Part shown: piece after piece, positions 12,014-20,740 of the stretch
Layout: every line of letters begins with the position of its first letter
Position numbering within the stretch: position 1 is the stretch's first letter
Source: an uncultured Planctomycetales bacterium
Lineage (GTDB): Bacteria; Omnitrophota; Gorgyraeia; Zapsychrales; CAYRXT01
NCBI GenBank assembly: GCA_964428315.1
Contig: CAYRXT010000005.1
Coordinates: forward strand, 12,592 to 76,591
Length of the DNA stretch: 64,000 bases
Reading direction: 5' to 3'
The notes under the pieces: model-generated
Told to the model about the DNA's origin: nothing
Database searches by the model: none
Seen by the model: only the letters and a program-made list of their open reading frames with translations
Translations under genes and position numbers: made by a program

Positions 12014-13273
12014 CTACCTCACATTATCTCCGACCTGGATCCGCGCGCCTTTTTGTTTGATATCGGCGGCGGAGATGTCTTTTCTGACCTGAATGATTTC
12101 CAGGCCAGCGATATATTTGCCGTTACGATAGATGCTCAAGTTATCGCCGATACGGACCCCCGAATTCAAGCCAAGGTCCGTGATGACGAAGTTGTTCTCT
12201 TCGTTCACGCTTAACACATGTCCTTCGAAACCCGGCGCCATCCGGCTTTCCTGGGCGACAGCCGGGCCGCCCGCTTTAGGCGCGCTGACAACGATAGGCG
12301 GGAGTTCGACGGATTGCGTCCCCTCCTCTTCGATCGGCTCGCTCAGTTTTCTGTCCAGGGTTTCTTTGATGTCAAGGACCTCGTCGATGCGGTTCTGGAT
12401 GACGCTCTCGGTCTCTGCCAGTTTGCGTTCAACCTTGTCCTTGCTTTCCCTCAGCCGGGCGATGCTCTTTTCGAGAGCGATCTTTGTCGACGTCAGTTCC
12501 TTGACCTTTGAGCGAAGGTCGAGATTCTCTTCCTTGATCTTGTCCAGCCGCTGGTCTATGAACCTTTTGTCATTCTTTTCCCGGGCCAGTTCGATGGACA
12601 AGGTATTCGCCAGATCTTCGCTGTATTTGATCTGCCTCTGGATCTCCTCTTTCTGGTTGCGCAACTGGCTCAATTCCAGGTCAAGATCGGAATTCACTTT
12701 CTTCAATTCTTCGAGGCTCACTTCATACTGGCTCAATTGGGACTGCAGTTCGTTGATTTTCAGTTCGAGAGCGGCCTTGTCTTTCAAGACCCGCGCCCAG
12801 TAGCGCTCCTGGTCCTCGGTGGCCCCGGTGGCCATGACCGGAGGCTTCCCGGGCTGTTCTTCTTCCGGTTCCGGCTCGCGTTCTTTATAGATGACCTTCG
12901 GCTTCTCCTGCAGTTTGGTGATGAGCTCGTCCCGTTCGCGTCGCAGATCGTTCACGCGGTTGCGCCAGTTGTCGCGCTCGGATCTCAACGAATTGATCGT
13001 ATTTTCCAGACTGCTGATCTGGCCGTTGAGATCGGAGAGCTGCTGCTGAAGCCGCTCATTATTCTGCTTCGCCTCCTCGATTTTGCTCTCGGTATCCTTG
13101 ACCCTGGCAACCAGCTCCTGCTCGCGTTCGCCGGCCTGCGTCAACTCACCCTGCAATGTGGTCTTCTCGTTCTCCAAGGCGGTCTTTTGGCTCAAAGTCG
13201 AAAGAACCATAAACACGCTTCCACCCAGCAAGAGGAACAAAATGATAATAATGATCTTGCCGATTTTTGTCAT
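12014..13273 (-). CDS. Membrane-anchored coiled-coil protein with C-terminal small beta-barrel domain
   Basis: N-terminal TM IIIIILFLLLGGSVFMVL, ~300 aa of heptad-rich E/K/Q/L sequence, then a C-terminal region GHVLSVNEENNFVITDLGLNSGVRIGDNLSIYRNGKYIAGLEI. Ends 9 nt before the LacI gene. Plus-strand ORFs over it are low-complexity shadows. Confidence 0.65.
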   Translation of the reverse strand: MTKIGKIIIIILFLLLGGSVFMVLSTLSQKTALENEKTTLQGELTQAGEREQELVARVKDTESKIEEAKQNNERLQQQLSDLNGQISSLENTINSLRSERDNWRNRVNDLRRERDELITKLQEKPKVIYKEREPEPEEEQPGKPPVMATGATEDQERYWARVLKDKAALELKINELQSQLSQYEVSLEELKKVNSDLDLELSQLRNQKEEIQRQIKYSEDLANTLSIELAREKNDKRFIDQRLDKIKEENLDLRSKVKELTSTKIALEKSIARLRESKDKVERKLAETESVIQNRIDEVLDIKETLDRKLSEPIEEEGTQSVELPPIVVSAPKAGGPAVAQESRMAPGFEGHVLSVNEENNFVITDLGLNSGVRIGDNLSIYRNGKYIAGLEIIQVRKDISAADIKQKGARIQVGDNVR

Positions 13274-13427
13274 TATAATTTCTCCTTAAATAAAATAGAG
13301 ACTAATAATTAGGAAAAGATTTAATTAAACTATATCAAAGGATGATTATCAAAACAAGGAAAAACTCGACAATTTGAATTCTGGAAGGCACGAATATCTT
13401 TTTCAGGAAGGGACTTGAGAACGTGCT

Positions 13428-14675
13428 CTATGCCTGGGCGAGTATTTGACGGACCACCAGGCTGGCGGCCCCGACCGCAACGGCGTTATTCCCGAGACGT
13501 GAAGGGACAATCTTAACGGCCTGGGCCATCTCCGCGTAAGCGTGATTGGCGACAGACTCTTTAACAGCATTCAGGAAGACGTTGCCGCCCTCCTCCATCC
13601 CACCGCCGATAACGACGGCCTGAGGGTTGAGAAAATTCACCAGGAAGGCGACCTTGAGGCCGATCTTGAGTCCGGCCCGCCGCACAACATTGACCGCGAT
13701 GGGGTCGCCGTCTCTGGCGGCCTCAAAAACATGGCGCAGCGTGATGCTTGTCAGATTGCCGCCGGCTCTTAATAAAAGCTTATGGCTCCGGTTTTCCGGC
13801 CTCCGAAGGATTTCCCGCGTCTGCCGAACAATCCCCAAGTCGTCTTCCCAGGCTTCGAGAAAATGGATGTCCTTGGGGTTGAGGTCAAGGTATTCTCCCG
13901 CCGGGCAATCTCTCAGGGCCAGCTCGCCCGCGCATCCGCTGGCGCCCCGATAGACCTCCCCGTTCAAGATGAGTCCGCTCCCCACTCCGGAAAACATATA
14001 AATCAAATCACGTATCTCGGGATCGGAATTCATCCACTGCTCTCCGAAACACGAAACGGTGGCGTCGTTTTCCAGACAGCAGGGCAGGCCGAACCGTGAT
14101 TCCAGGTTTTCCTTGATGGGGGCGTAAATAGTGACGTACTCGCACCCTCCGGTCGGTCTTTTTTGCGGCCATCGGATCGTCCCGCTCTGATTGTCGACAA
14201 TACCCGCGATCCCGACGCCGATGCCGGCGAGTTTTTTGCGGTCATCGGACGGAAGCTGATCCCTCAGTTCGTTAATCATGCCGCTGGCATAGTCCAGGAT
14301 ATCGGTGGCATTTCGATAGGGGCTTTCCTTGACGACACGGGCGACGATATTGCCGTTAAGGTCGACGACCACCCCGACCATATCCAGCAGGTTGAGGCCG
14401 ATGCCGATAGCCAGATTTACCCGCCCGTTGATCTCCAGAAGGGCCGGCCGGCGCCCGCCGGCTGAAACGTCAAGTGCTTTGATATTAACGAGTTTTGCCC
14501 GTAAATAATGATCGATATAATTCGATATGGTAACAATATTGAGGCCGGACATCCGGGAGATATCCGCCTTGCTGACCGGGCCTACTCGCCGGATTGTCTC
14601 GAGGATGGCGAGATTCCGTCTGGATCTTTCGTTCAAGTTTTCTTCCTGAAGCTGAAGGGCTTTCACGGTTTTCAT
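13428..14675 (-). CDS. ROK-family transcriptional regulator (NagC/XylR-like)
   Basis: N-terminal wHTH followed by a ROK sugar-kinase-like fold with Gly-rich motifs (GIGVGIAGIVD) and Cys residues (CCLEND...C...C) consistent with the ROK zinc site. Confidence 0.9.
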   Translation of the reverse strand: MKTVKALQLQEENLNERSRRNLAILETIRRVGPVSKADISRMSGLNIVTISNYIDHYLRAKLVNIKALDVSAGGRRPALLEINGRVNLAIGIGLNLLDMVGVVVDLNGNIVARVVKESPYRNATDILDYASGMINELRDQLPSDDRKKLAGIGVGIAGIVDNQSGTIRWPQKRPTGGCEYVTIYAPIKENLESRFGLPCCLENDATVSCFGEQWMNSDPEIRDLIYMFSGVGSGLILNGEVYRGASGCAGELALRDCPAGEYLDLNPKDIHFLEAWEDDLGIVRQTREILRRPENRSHKLLLRAGGNLTSITLRHVFEAARDGDPIAVNVVRRAGLKIGLKVAFLVNFLNPQAVVIGGGMEEGGNVFLNAVKESVANHAYAEMAQAVKIVPSRLGNNAVAVGAASLVVRQILAQA

Positions 14676-14755
14676 TTTTTTTCGCTTTCTCCAGAAGGTC
14701 TTGGTCTATAGTACAGTATGGTTGCAGCGTTGTCTATCTTTTCCTGCCAAATTAC

Positions 14756-15385
14756 TCATTCATACTTGATCCCGTCCAGGTAAAAGGTGCACCCTTCAGA
14801 ATTGACATCCGCGTTGGTCGCCCAGGCAAACCCGCCGCTGATATAGGTCAGATCCTTGCCCCTCAGATCAATCGCATATTGCTTCCACTGCGTCGTCAAG
14901 AAGACCGGTCCGACCATCGCGCTGTCCGAATCTGGATAATCACCCGGTATGCCGCCCATTTTGAATTCTTCGATCCGTTCCCTTCCGGTTTCGCCCCTGG
15001 CCCAAAACGTCAGCTTGCTCGCGCCGGTAAGGTCAAAACCACCCTTACGGTTACCCCAATTATTCGCAGGGTTTTGCCAGTAGACCCCCGCCCATTGCTG
15101 ACCCTGCCTGGAGCATTCGACATCATAGACGATTTGGATGCAGGTATTGCCCGAATGACAATCTTTTTGCCAGGCCTCGTTAATCTTGATGCATCCGGCA
15201 TCACCCATAAAACCCGAAGGGATAAAATGATTGTCTCGCGACCCTTTGTCCTGATAGACGACAAAAGGCGCGAAATCGCTCTGTGCCTCCTGTTGCCCGG
15301 AAACCGACTGGCTCTGCGTTGTCCCTTTTTCACAACCGAACAAAACACAAAAAGACAACGCCCCTGCAAGCAATATCTTCCGCAT
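14756..15385 (-). CDS. Secreted lipoprotein, probable carbohydrate-binding beta-sandwich
   Basis: MRKILLAGALSFCVLFGC lipobox. Body GVYWQNPANNWGN...GFDLTGASKLTFWARGETG is aromatic and Gly rich with no catalytic motifs. The CBM-like call is inference. Confidence 0.6.
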   Translation of the reverse strand: MRKILLAGALSFCVLFGCEKGTTQSQSVSGQQEAQSDFAPFVVYQDKGSRDNHFIPSGFMGDAGCIKINEAWQKDCHSGNTCIQIVYDVECSRQGQQWAGVYWQNPANNWGNRKGGFDLTGASKLTFWARGETGRERIEEFKMGGIPGDYPDSDSAMVGPVFLTTQWKQYAIDLRGKDLTYISGGFAWATNADVNSEGCTFYLDGIKYE

Positions 15386-15448
15386 GGTCACAACCTTCCT
15401 TGTTTTCTTATTGCACTTGATGATAATACCGCCGGGTTAACTAACGGC

Positions 15449-16306
15449 TTAGCTCATTTCTTCCAGTTCATCCAGCTTCTGCTGCGCGGCTTCGGCCGGT
15501 TTCCAGAACCAGCCCTGCGGATCCCAGCTCTGGGCGAAGTAGTAGTCGTCGATAACCTTCTTATAGGCCTCTTTGGCCTTACCGTGCTGGCCGGCCTTGC
15601 GGTAGGCCTCGCCGCGTATGAAATAACAGGTCCCCACATCATTGAGGGCCCAGAAAGAAAATATCTTCTCATTGGATTCCCATGGATATTCGTTCAAGGA
15701 GGCCTGCATTTCCTGGGCCTTCTTCGCATACAGCTCGATGCATTTGTCCGTATAAGCCAGAACAGCCTCCAGATTGTCCTGAGACAGCGCCTGCCAAGCC
15801 TTGGCCGACAATGTGGAAGACGTGTAATCACCGAAATCGATGTTACTGCCGGATTCGAGATTGGCCAGCTTTTCCTTCGCGGCCTCGGCCGGTTTCCAAA
15901 ACCAGCCCTTCGTGTCCCAGCACTGGCCGTAGGTGTAGTCGTTGATCAGTTTCGTGTAAACTTCCTTGGCCTCGTCAATCATATTGGCCTTGCGATAGGC
16001 CTCCCCCTGAATAAACAGACAGGTGGCGACATCATTCAGCGCCCAGTATTTGAAGATCTCTTCATTGGTCCCCGATGGATATTCGTCCAAACCCGCCTGC
16101 ATCTCCCTGGCCTGCGCGGCGTAAAGTTCGACGCATTTGTTCGTGTAGGCCAGAACTCCTTCGATATCGCCTTTCTCCAGCGCATCCCAGGCCTTGGATG
16201 CCAGGGTTACCGAACGGTAATCGCCGAAATTGTAGGCGGCCGCCAGTGTAGGACACATCCAGGTAACGCCCAAAGCAATAACGAGTGTGACGATCCATTT
16301 TTTCAT
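15449..16306 (-). CDS. Secreted protein made of two tandem copies of a ~125-aa Trp/Tyr-rich helical domain (unassigned family)
   Basis: Signal peptide MKKWIVTLVIALGVTWMCPTLAAA; strong AAGGAGGAAG SD. The two halves align ~55% identical. Core motif: FWALNDVGTCYFIRGEAYRKA...AKEAYKKVIDDYYFAQSWDPQGWFWKPAEAA. Confidence 0.75.
   Translation of the reverse strand: MKKWIVTLVIALGVTWMCPTLAAAYNFGDYRSVTLASKAWDALEKGDIEGVLAYTNKCVELYAAQAREMQAGLDEYPSGTNEEIFKYWALNDVATCLFIQGEAYRKANMIDEAKEVYTKLINDYTYGQCWDTKGWFWKPAEAAKEKLANLESGSNIDFGDYTSSTLSAKAWQALSQDNLEAVLAYTDKCIELYAKKAQEMQASLNEYPWESNEKIFSFWALNDVGTCYFIRGEAYRKAGQHGKAKEAYKKVIDDYYFAQSWDPQGWFWKPAEAAQQKLDELEEMS
15470..16290. repeat. Tandem direct duplication (~405 bp x2, ~75% nt identity) inside gene 15449..16306
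   Basis: ccggtttccagaaccagccctgcggatcccagc...(15494-) re-occurs as ccggtttccaaaaccagcccttcgtgtcccagc...(15884-), and the similarity continues for ~400 bp. Confidence 0.8.
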
Positions 16307-16334
16307 GACTCTTCCTCCTTTTGTTGTTACCGTT

Positions 16335-18764
16335 TTACTTGTTCCACAATTCCTTGTACAGAAAATAACTCTCCCTCAACTGCCGCAGAAACGGGCTGTG
16401 TTTCCCGTTGCCCTGACCGATCAAGCCAAACCATTCCTCGTACATGTACCCGTCGGGGAAAGGTCCCTGGGCCCCGGCCGTTTTGTCGTGGTAAGCGGGT
16501 TCGTAATTTTTCCACCACTCATCCATCCATTCAAAGACAATGCCGCCGATCGCGTTGCCCGCTCCTTCCTTGGTCCCCGCGGCGTTTTTCTCGATATCCA
16601 TCCAGTTGCCCAGGTGGTAATCGGCCTGCGCCTCTTCCGCGTCTTCCCTCGAAAGGTGACCGGCATAGGCGGGACAACCGTATTCCGTAATGAATCCGGG
16701 TTTCCCTGTCGCATCTGAGACCTGCTCCCAGAAAGCGCCGAAGCCGTAATCCCCGCGGTAGGCGTTCGCGGCAAAGGCATCGACATTCGGACAGAACTTG
16801 GCAAAGATATCCAAGTATAATACATCACCGTTGCACATGGCAACCGGATGATCCGGATCGACGGATTTGATCCAGGCGGCCACTTCATCGACGAATGCGT
16901 AATAGGCTTCGGGTTTTGTGTCGGCGTTGCAGGCCACCCCGTAATTGTTTTCATTGCCCAAAAGCCACATGAGGATGTAAGGTTCGTCCTTGTATTCCAT
17001 GACGATTTTTTTGACGGAATCCAGCATGTTTTTCCGGTGCTCCGGATTTTCGTAATCCGTCCCCTCATACCAGCTGGCCCCCGAACCCAGGGCGTATTTA
17101 CCGAGAAAATCGCCCATAACCACCATAATGCCTGTCTCTTCGTACATCGCACGCAGAAGCTCCTTGTCGGGCTCGAAGGGCTGATGATAAACACGGATGA
17201 CGTTGGCGCCCAGCTCCTTGAGCAACCGGAAATCCCCAACGACGGGTTCATCTTCATCCTGTTGGTTGTTACGATTGGCGTCGACCCAGCTGTCATAAGG
17301 GCCGTCGGCCAGACCGTTCCCGTTCGTGTCCTCGGTCATCCAGTTGGTAAGCGTCCCTTTGTCCGGGCTCTGCCCCACCTTGGTCGCCACGTAGGTGATC
17401 CCTTTGATGATAAACGGTTTTCCTTCGACAAGGATCTGCCAGTGGTCGTTTTCGTACTGGACCAACTGCACCCGGCCTTCATTTAACCTGCGCTTGATCT
17501 CGCCGAGCTTCGCCCGCTTTTTCCCAAAACCGATCTGGTCTATGACCCTTGCGAACCTGCTTCGCACTTTGTCCCATAAAGACAAGCGCCGCACGCGTCC
17601 GGGATACGTGATAACCTGATCGTTCGAGACATCGTTGTCCGCCCCGTTGATCACCCTGATCTTCGCCCATTCAAACGTCAATCCAAGTTCCGGATGAATA
17701 CGGATCAGATGACGGATCTTGGCTATGGCCGCCTGCCCCGGGTACCAGGGCGTATTCCAGTACGTCCGTCCGGTCGAACGGGGAAAATGCACGACGATAG
17801 CATGATAGGCCTTGATGGCTTCATAATACATCCGGGCCTTTTCGAAGATCAAACCGATATAAAACAGCTTGACACCCCACGGCTCCGGGGCCAGCGCCCA
17901 CTTATACAGGGCCGCCTCCAAGTCATCAGTATGCACGAAATCCCAGTGGCTGCCTTCCAGCCGTCCCTCTTCTTTAGCTTTTTCGTAATTGGGATCTTTG
18001 CGGACAGCGCCGGTATTAGGATAGACGCCCTCTCCGACGGCAGCAGAAAGCCCGACGGGGTCGTTTACCTTGTATGAATACTGTTTGGTCCCCACGTTCA
18101 TGAAGGTGCCGTATTTGGTGTAATCAACGACCTGAACGCCGGGCTCGGCCAGACGCGGCATAGTCATTATCCCGCGGTCGACCTTCGGTGGCTCCTTATC
18201 CTTCTCTTCCGCGCGCCCTTCCAGCATGTCTATGCTGGCCTGACTTTTTTCCGCGATCGACCAGTACCATCCGCGGGGATCCCAGGCCTGAGCCCATCTG
18301 TAATCGTCTATGATCCTTTGGAAAATCTCTATCGCCTCCTCGGCCTGCCCGTTATTCATCAGTGTTTCCGCCCGGATAAACATGCACGTGCCCACGTCAT
18401 TCAGGACCTGGTACTGGACAACGGCATCCCGCGGGGGGAAATCTTCGAGCTGGGCGTTGAGTTCAAAGGCCTGCGCTCCATAAGTGTTGAAACACTGTTG
18501 TGTCAGCCTGAAAACTTCATCAACCTTATTGTTGCCGGAGGCCTCCCAGGACATGCGGACCAGTTCCCGTGAGCTGACTGCTTCTGCGACGGCCTCCTCC
18601 GTTTTTTCTGAACCGGAAGGGTCCACCCGCTCGCCGGTCTCATCACCGGTTTGATGAGCGCGGTTTGCCTCGGAAGTCTGGGCATGAGATACGGAGATAT
18701 GGAAATAGGAAACGATCCAGGCGAACAATACAATCAAAAAAATTTGACATATCTTATTATTCAT
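16335..18764 (-). CDS. Secreted clan GH-A (GH2/GH5-like TIM-barrel) glycoside hydrolase with N-terminal copies of the Trp-rich repeat domain
   Basis: Signal peptide. N-terminal region contains YQVLNDVGTCMFIRAE...IIDDYRWAQAWDPRGWYWSIAE, the same domain as gene 15449..16306; a degenerate second copy is KWALAPEPWGVKLFYIGLIFEKA...WYPGQAAIAKI. C-terminal barrel has NVIRVYH, LLGNENN (acid/base E) and FITEYG (nucleophile E). Confidence 0.8.
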   Translation of the reverse strand: MNNKICQIFLIVLFAWIVSYFHISVSHAQTSEANRAHQTGDETGERVDPSGSEKTEEAVAEAVSSRELVRMSWEASGNNKVDEVFRLTQQCFNTYGAQAFELNAQLEDFPPRDAVVQYQVLNDVGTCMFIRAETLMNNGQAEEAIEIFQRIIDDYRWAQAWDPRGWYWSIAEKSQASIDMLEGRAEEKDKEPPKVDRGIMTMPRLAEPGVQVVDYTKYGTFMNVGTKQYSYKVNDPVGLSAAVGEGVYPNTGAVRKDPNYEKAKEEGRLEGSHWDFVHTDDLEAALYKWALAPEPWGVKLFYIGLIFEKARMYYEAIKAYHAIVVHFPRSTGRTYWNTPWYPGQAAIAKIRHLIRIHPELGLTFEWAKIRVINGADNDVSNDQVITYPGRVRRLSLWDKVRSRFARVIDQIGFGKKRAKLGEIKRRLNEGRVQLVQYENDHWQILVEGKPFIIKGITYVATKVGQSPDKGTLTNWMTEDTNGNGLADGPYDSWVDANRNNQQDEDEPVVGDFRLLKELGANVIRVYHQPFEPDKELLRAMYEETGIMVVMGDFLGKYALGSGASWYEGTDYENPEHRKNMLDSVKKIVMEYKDEPYILMWLLGNENNYGVACNADTKPEAYYAFVDEVAAWIKSVDPDHPVAMCNGDVLYLDIFAKFCPNVDAFAANAYRGDYGFGAFWEQVSDATGKPGFITEYGCPAYAGHLSREDAEEAQADYHLGNWMDIEKNAAGTKEGAGNAIGGIVFEWMDEWWKNYEPAYHDKTAGAQGPFPDGYMYEEWFGLIGQGNGKHSPFLRQLRESYFLYKELWNK

Positions 18765-18887
18765 GCGGCATACCTTTATTAGGGGTCATCAATGAATTGT
18801 ATTTTAACATTTTACAATATTTTAAAAAGTATTTAAATGATTTTTTAATAATATAAGAAAACGCTTTCCTTAATTATAACATATATT

Positions 18888-19748
18888 TTAGTCTCCGACC
18901 GATCCAGTTGCAAGTCCTTTAACTATATGTCTTTGCATCAACACATAAACAAGAATAACGGGCACGGCCGTGATCGTCAATCCGGCCATAAGAAGAGGAT
19001 ATTCTACAATATGAATACCCTGGAATTCCATTAAACCCTTTTGCAGCGGCATCAGGGTTTCATCGTTTAACAAAAGATTGGCCAGTATATACTCATTCCA
19101 GACATTCAAAACGTTAAATATCACAATTACGGCAATCGCCGGTTTGGCCATGGGCAAAGCGACATGCCACCAGATGCCCCATTTGGAACACCCGTCCATC
19201 CGCGCAATATCTTCAAGGGCCGAAGGCATTTTGTCGAAAAACGTCTTGAGAAGGAAGATGCTCAGGGCCAGCCCCACATTGATCATACAAAGGATGTAAC
19301 CGATCCGCGTATTGATAAGATGCAGTTTATTCATCAGCACATACAAGGGGACAAAGCTCCCCGGCAAAGGGATCATCATTGCCGCCAGAAACATGAAAAA
19401 AAGAACACGCCGCCCCGGGAATCTTAACCGGGAAAAGGCATAGGCCGCCAAAGAAGCGACCAGAATAATCCCCGCGACAACGCAAACTGTATAAATCACG
19501 CTGTTGACAAAATAAAGGCCGAACTGTCCTTCGCTCCAGGCCTTAACGAAATTTTCCGGATGGAGCTCAGACGGCAAGAGGGCCTTTTCAACAAATATGG
19601 TCTCATTGTCCATCAGGGCCGAACGGACCATCCAGAGAAGAGGGAAAAGACACGTAACAGTCACCGCCAGGAGAAGGATATGAAGAAAAACATTGCGGAC
19701 ATGCAATCTGAAACGCGCTTGCGTCTGCGTCAAGGCTATGCCATTCAT
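18888..19748 (-). CDS. ABC sugar transporter permease (MalG/UgpE-like)
   Basis: Six-TM MalG-type topology; the EAA-like loop IARMDGCSKWGIWWHVALPMAKP. Confidence 0.9.
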   Translation of the reverse strand: MNGIALTQTQARFRLHVRNVFLHILLLAVTVTCLFPLLWMVRSALMDNETIFVEKALLPSELHPENFVKAWSEGQFGLYFVNSVIYTVCVVAGIILVASLAAYAFSRLRFPGRRVLFFMFLAAMMIPLPGSFVPLYVLMNKLHLINTRIGYILCMINVGLALSIFLLKTFFDKMPSALEDIARMDGCSKWGIWWHVALPMAKPAIAVIVIFNVLNVWNEYILANLLLNDETLMPLQKGLMEFQGIHIVEYPLLMAGLTITAVPVILVYVLMQRHIVKGLATGSVGD

Positions 19749-19751
19749 AGA

Positions 19752-20678
19752 CTAGGCCTGTCTCATCTTTTTGAATATGCCCATACTTATTAAAGAGACG
19801 ATAATCAAGATGAATCCGAAAAAGATGCTTTGGGCGCACGCATATCCAAAACGGTTCGTCTCCATCATGGAAGACAGGATGCGTGTTACCGGAACCGCCG
19901 TATGGTAGACCAGCCCCTGTCCGACCATCGATAAAACCAGCACAAAGACCTGCATGGACCCGAGCAGGGTCAAGATCATAACAACACCGATAACAGGCAC
20001 CATCATCGGGATAGTGACATGCCGGAAAACGTTCCAGCCTCCCGCTCCGTCAATCCTGGCGGCCTCATACAATTGGGGATCGATCGTCTGCAGGCCGGCG
20101 AGAAAAATAATGAATCCCCAGCCGAAACCTTTCCAGCTGTGCACGACGGCGATACAGGGCAGAGCCGTAGCGGGATCCGACAACCAGTTGTGCGCCAAAT
20201 GGGGCAGGCCGGTCCCGGCCAACATATGATTCAAAAACCCGATGTGTTCGCCCTGTTGTGTTCCAGAATAAAGGATCCAGGACCAGACCATCCCTACGAC
20301 GACCTCCGACAGAACGGGCGGGATGTAAAAAATAACCCGGTAAAATTTCCTCATCCGGATATCCTGATCACAAGCGAGGGCCAGGGCAAAAGCCAAGGCG
20401 TTCTGGAACGTCAGGGCAATCAGCGTAATGAAACCGGCGTTACGTAAAGAAATACCCCATGTCGCATCCTGCATCAGTTCCCTGAAATTCATCAACCCCA
20501 CGAATTCCCGATGCAGGCTGATGCCGTTCCATTCGTAAAACGACAAGCGGAAGATCTCAAAAAAGGGATAGACATAAAAAACGGCGAATATGGCCACTGC
20601 CGGCACAATAAACAGGATATTCTCGAAGTTTTCCCGAAAACGGTTTAAAGCGGCTGGCTGTATTCGGGCTATGGACAT
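19752..20678 (-). CDS. ABC sugar transporter permease (MalF/UgpA-like)
   Basis: MalF-type permease with the EAARIDGAGGWNVFRHVTIP EAA motif. Confidence 0.9.
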   Translation of the reverse strand: MSIARIQPAALNRFRENFENILFIVPAVAIFAVFYVYPFFEIFRLSFYEWNGISLHREFVGLMNFRELMQDATWGISLRNAGFITLIALTFQNALAFALALACDQDIRMRKFYRVIFYIPPVLSEVVVGMVWSWILYSGTQQGEHIGFLNHMLAGTGLPHLAHNWLSDPATALPCIAVVHSWKGFGWGFIIFLAGLQTIDPQLYEAARIDGAGGWNVFRHVTIPMMVPVIGVVMILTLLGSMQVFVLVLSMVGQGLVYHTAVPVTRILSSMMETNRFGYACAQSIFFGFILIIVSLISMGIFKKMRQA

Positions 20679-20740
20679 ATGGTCAACCTGTTATGGGTCA
20701 ATCGCGCGGTCCCGGTTCTGTGCGCGGACGGACGTTTCTG

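Noticed and set aside
12132-13312. Plus-strand ORFs 12132-12803 and 12737-13312
   Set aside because: Ser/Leu/Arg low-complexity mirror images of the coiled-coil gene on the minus strand, which has a TM anchor, heptads and a folded C-terminal domain.
14594-16690. 698-aa plus-strand ORF spanning the lipoprotein and repeat-protein genes
   Set aside because: Antisense shadow. Minus-strand genes have signal peptides, SDs and an internal-duplication structure. The plus-strand product is compositionally biased (R/P/G/L) and crosses two independent minus-strand genes.
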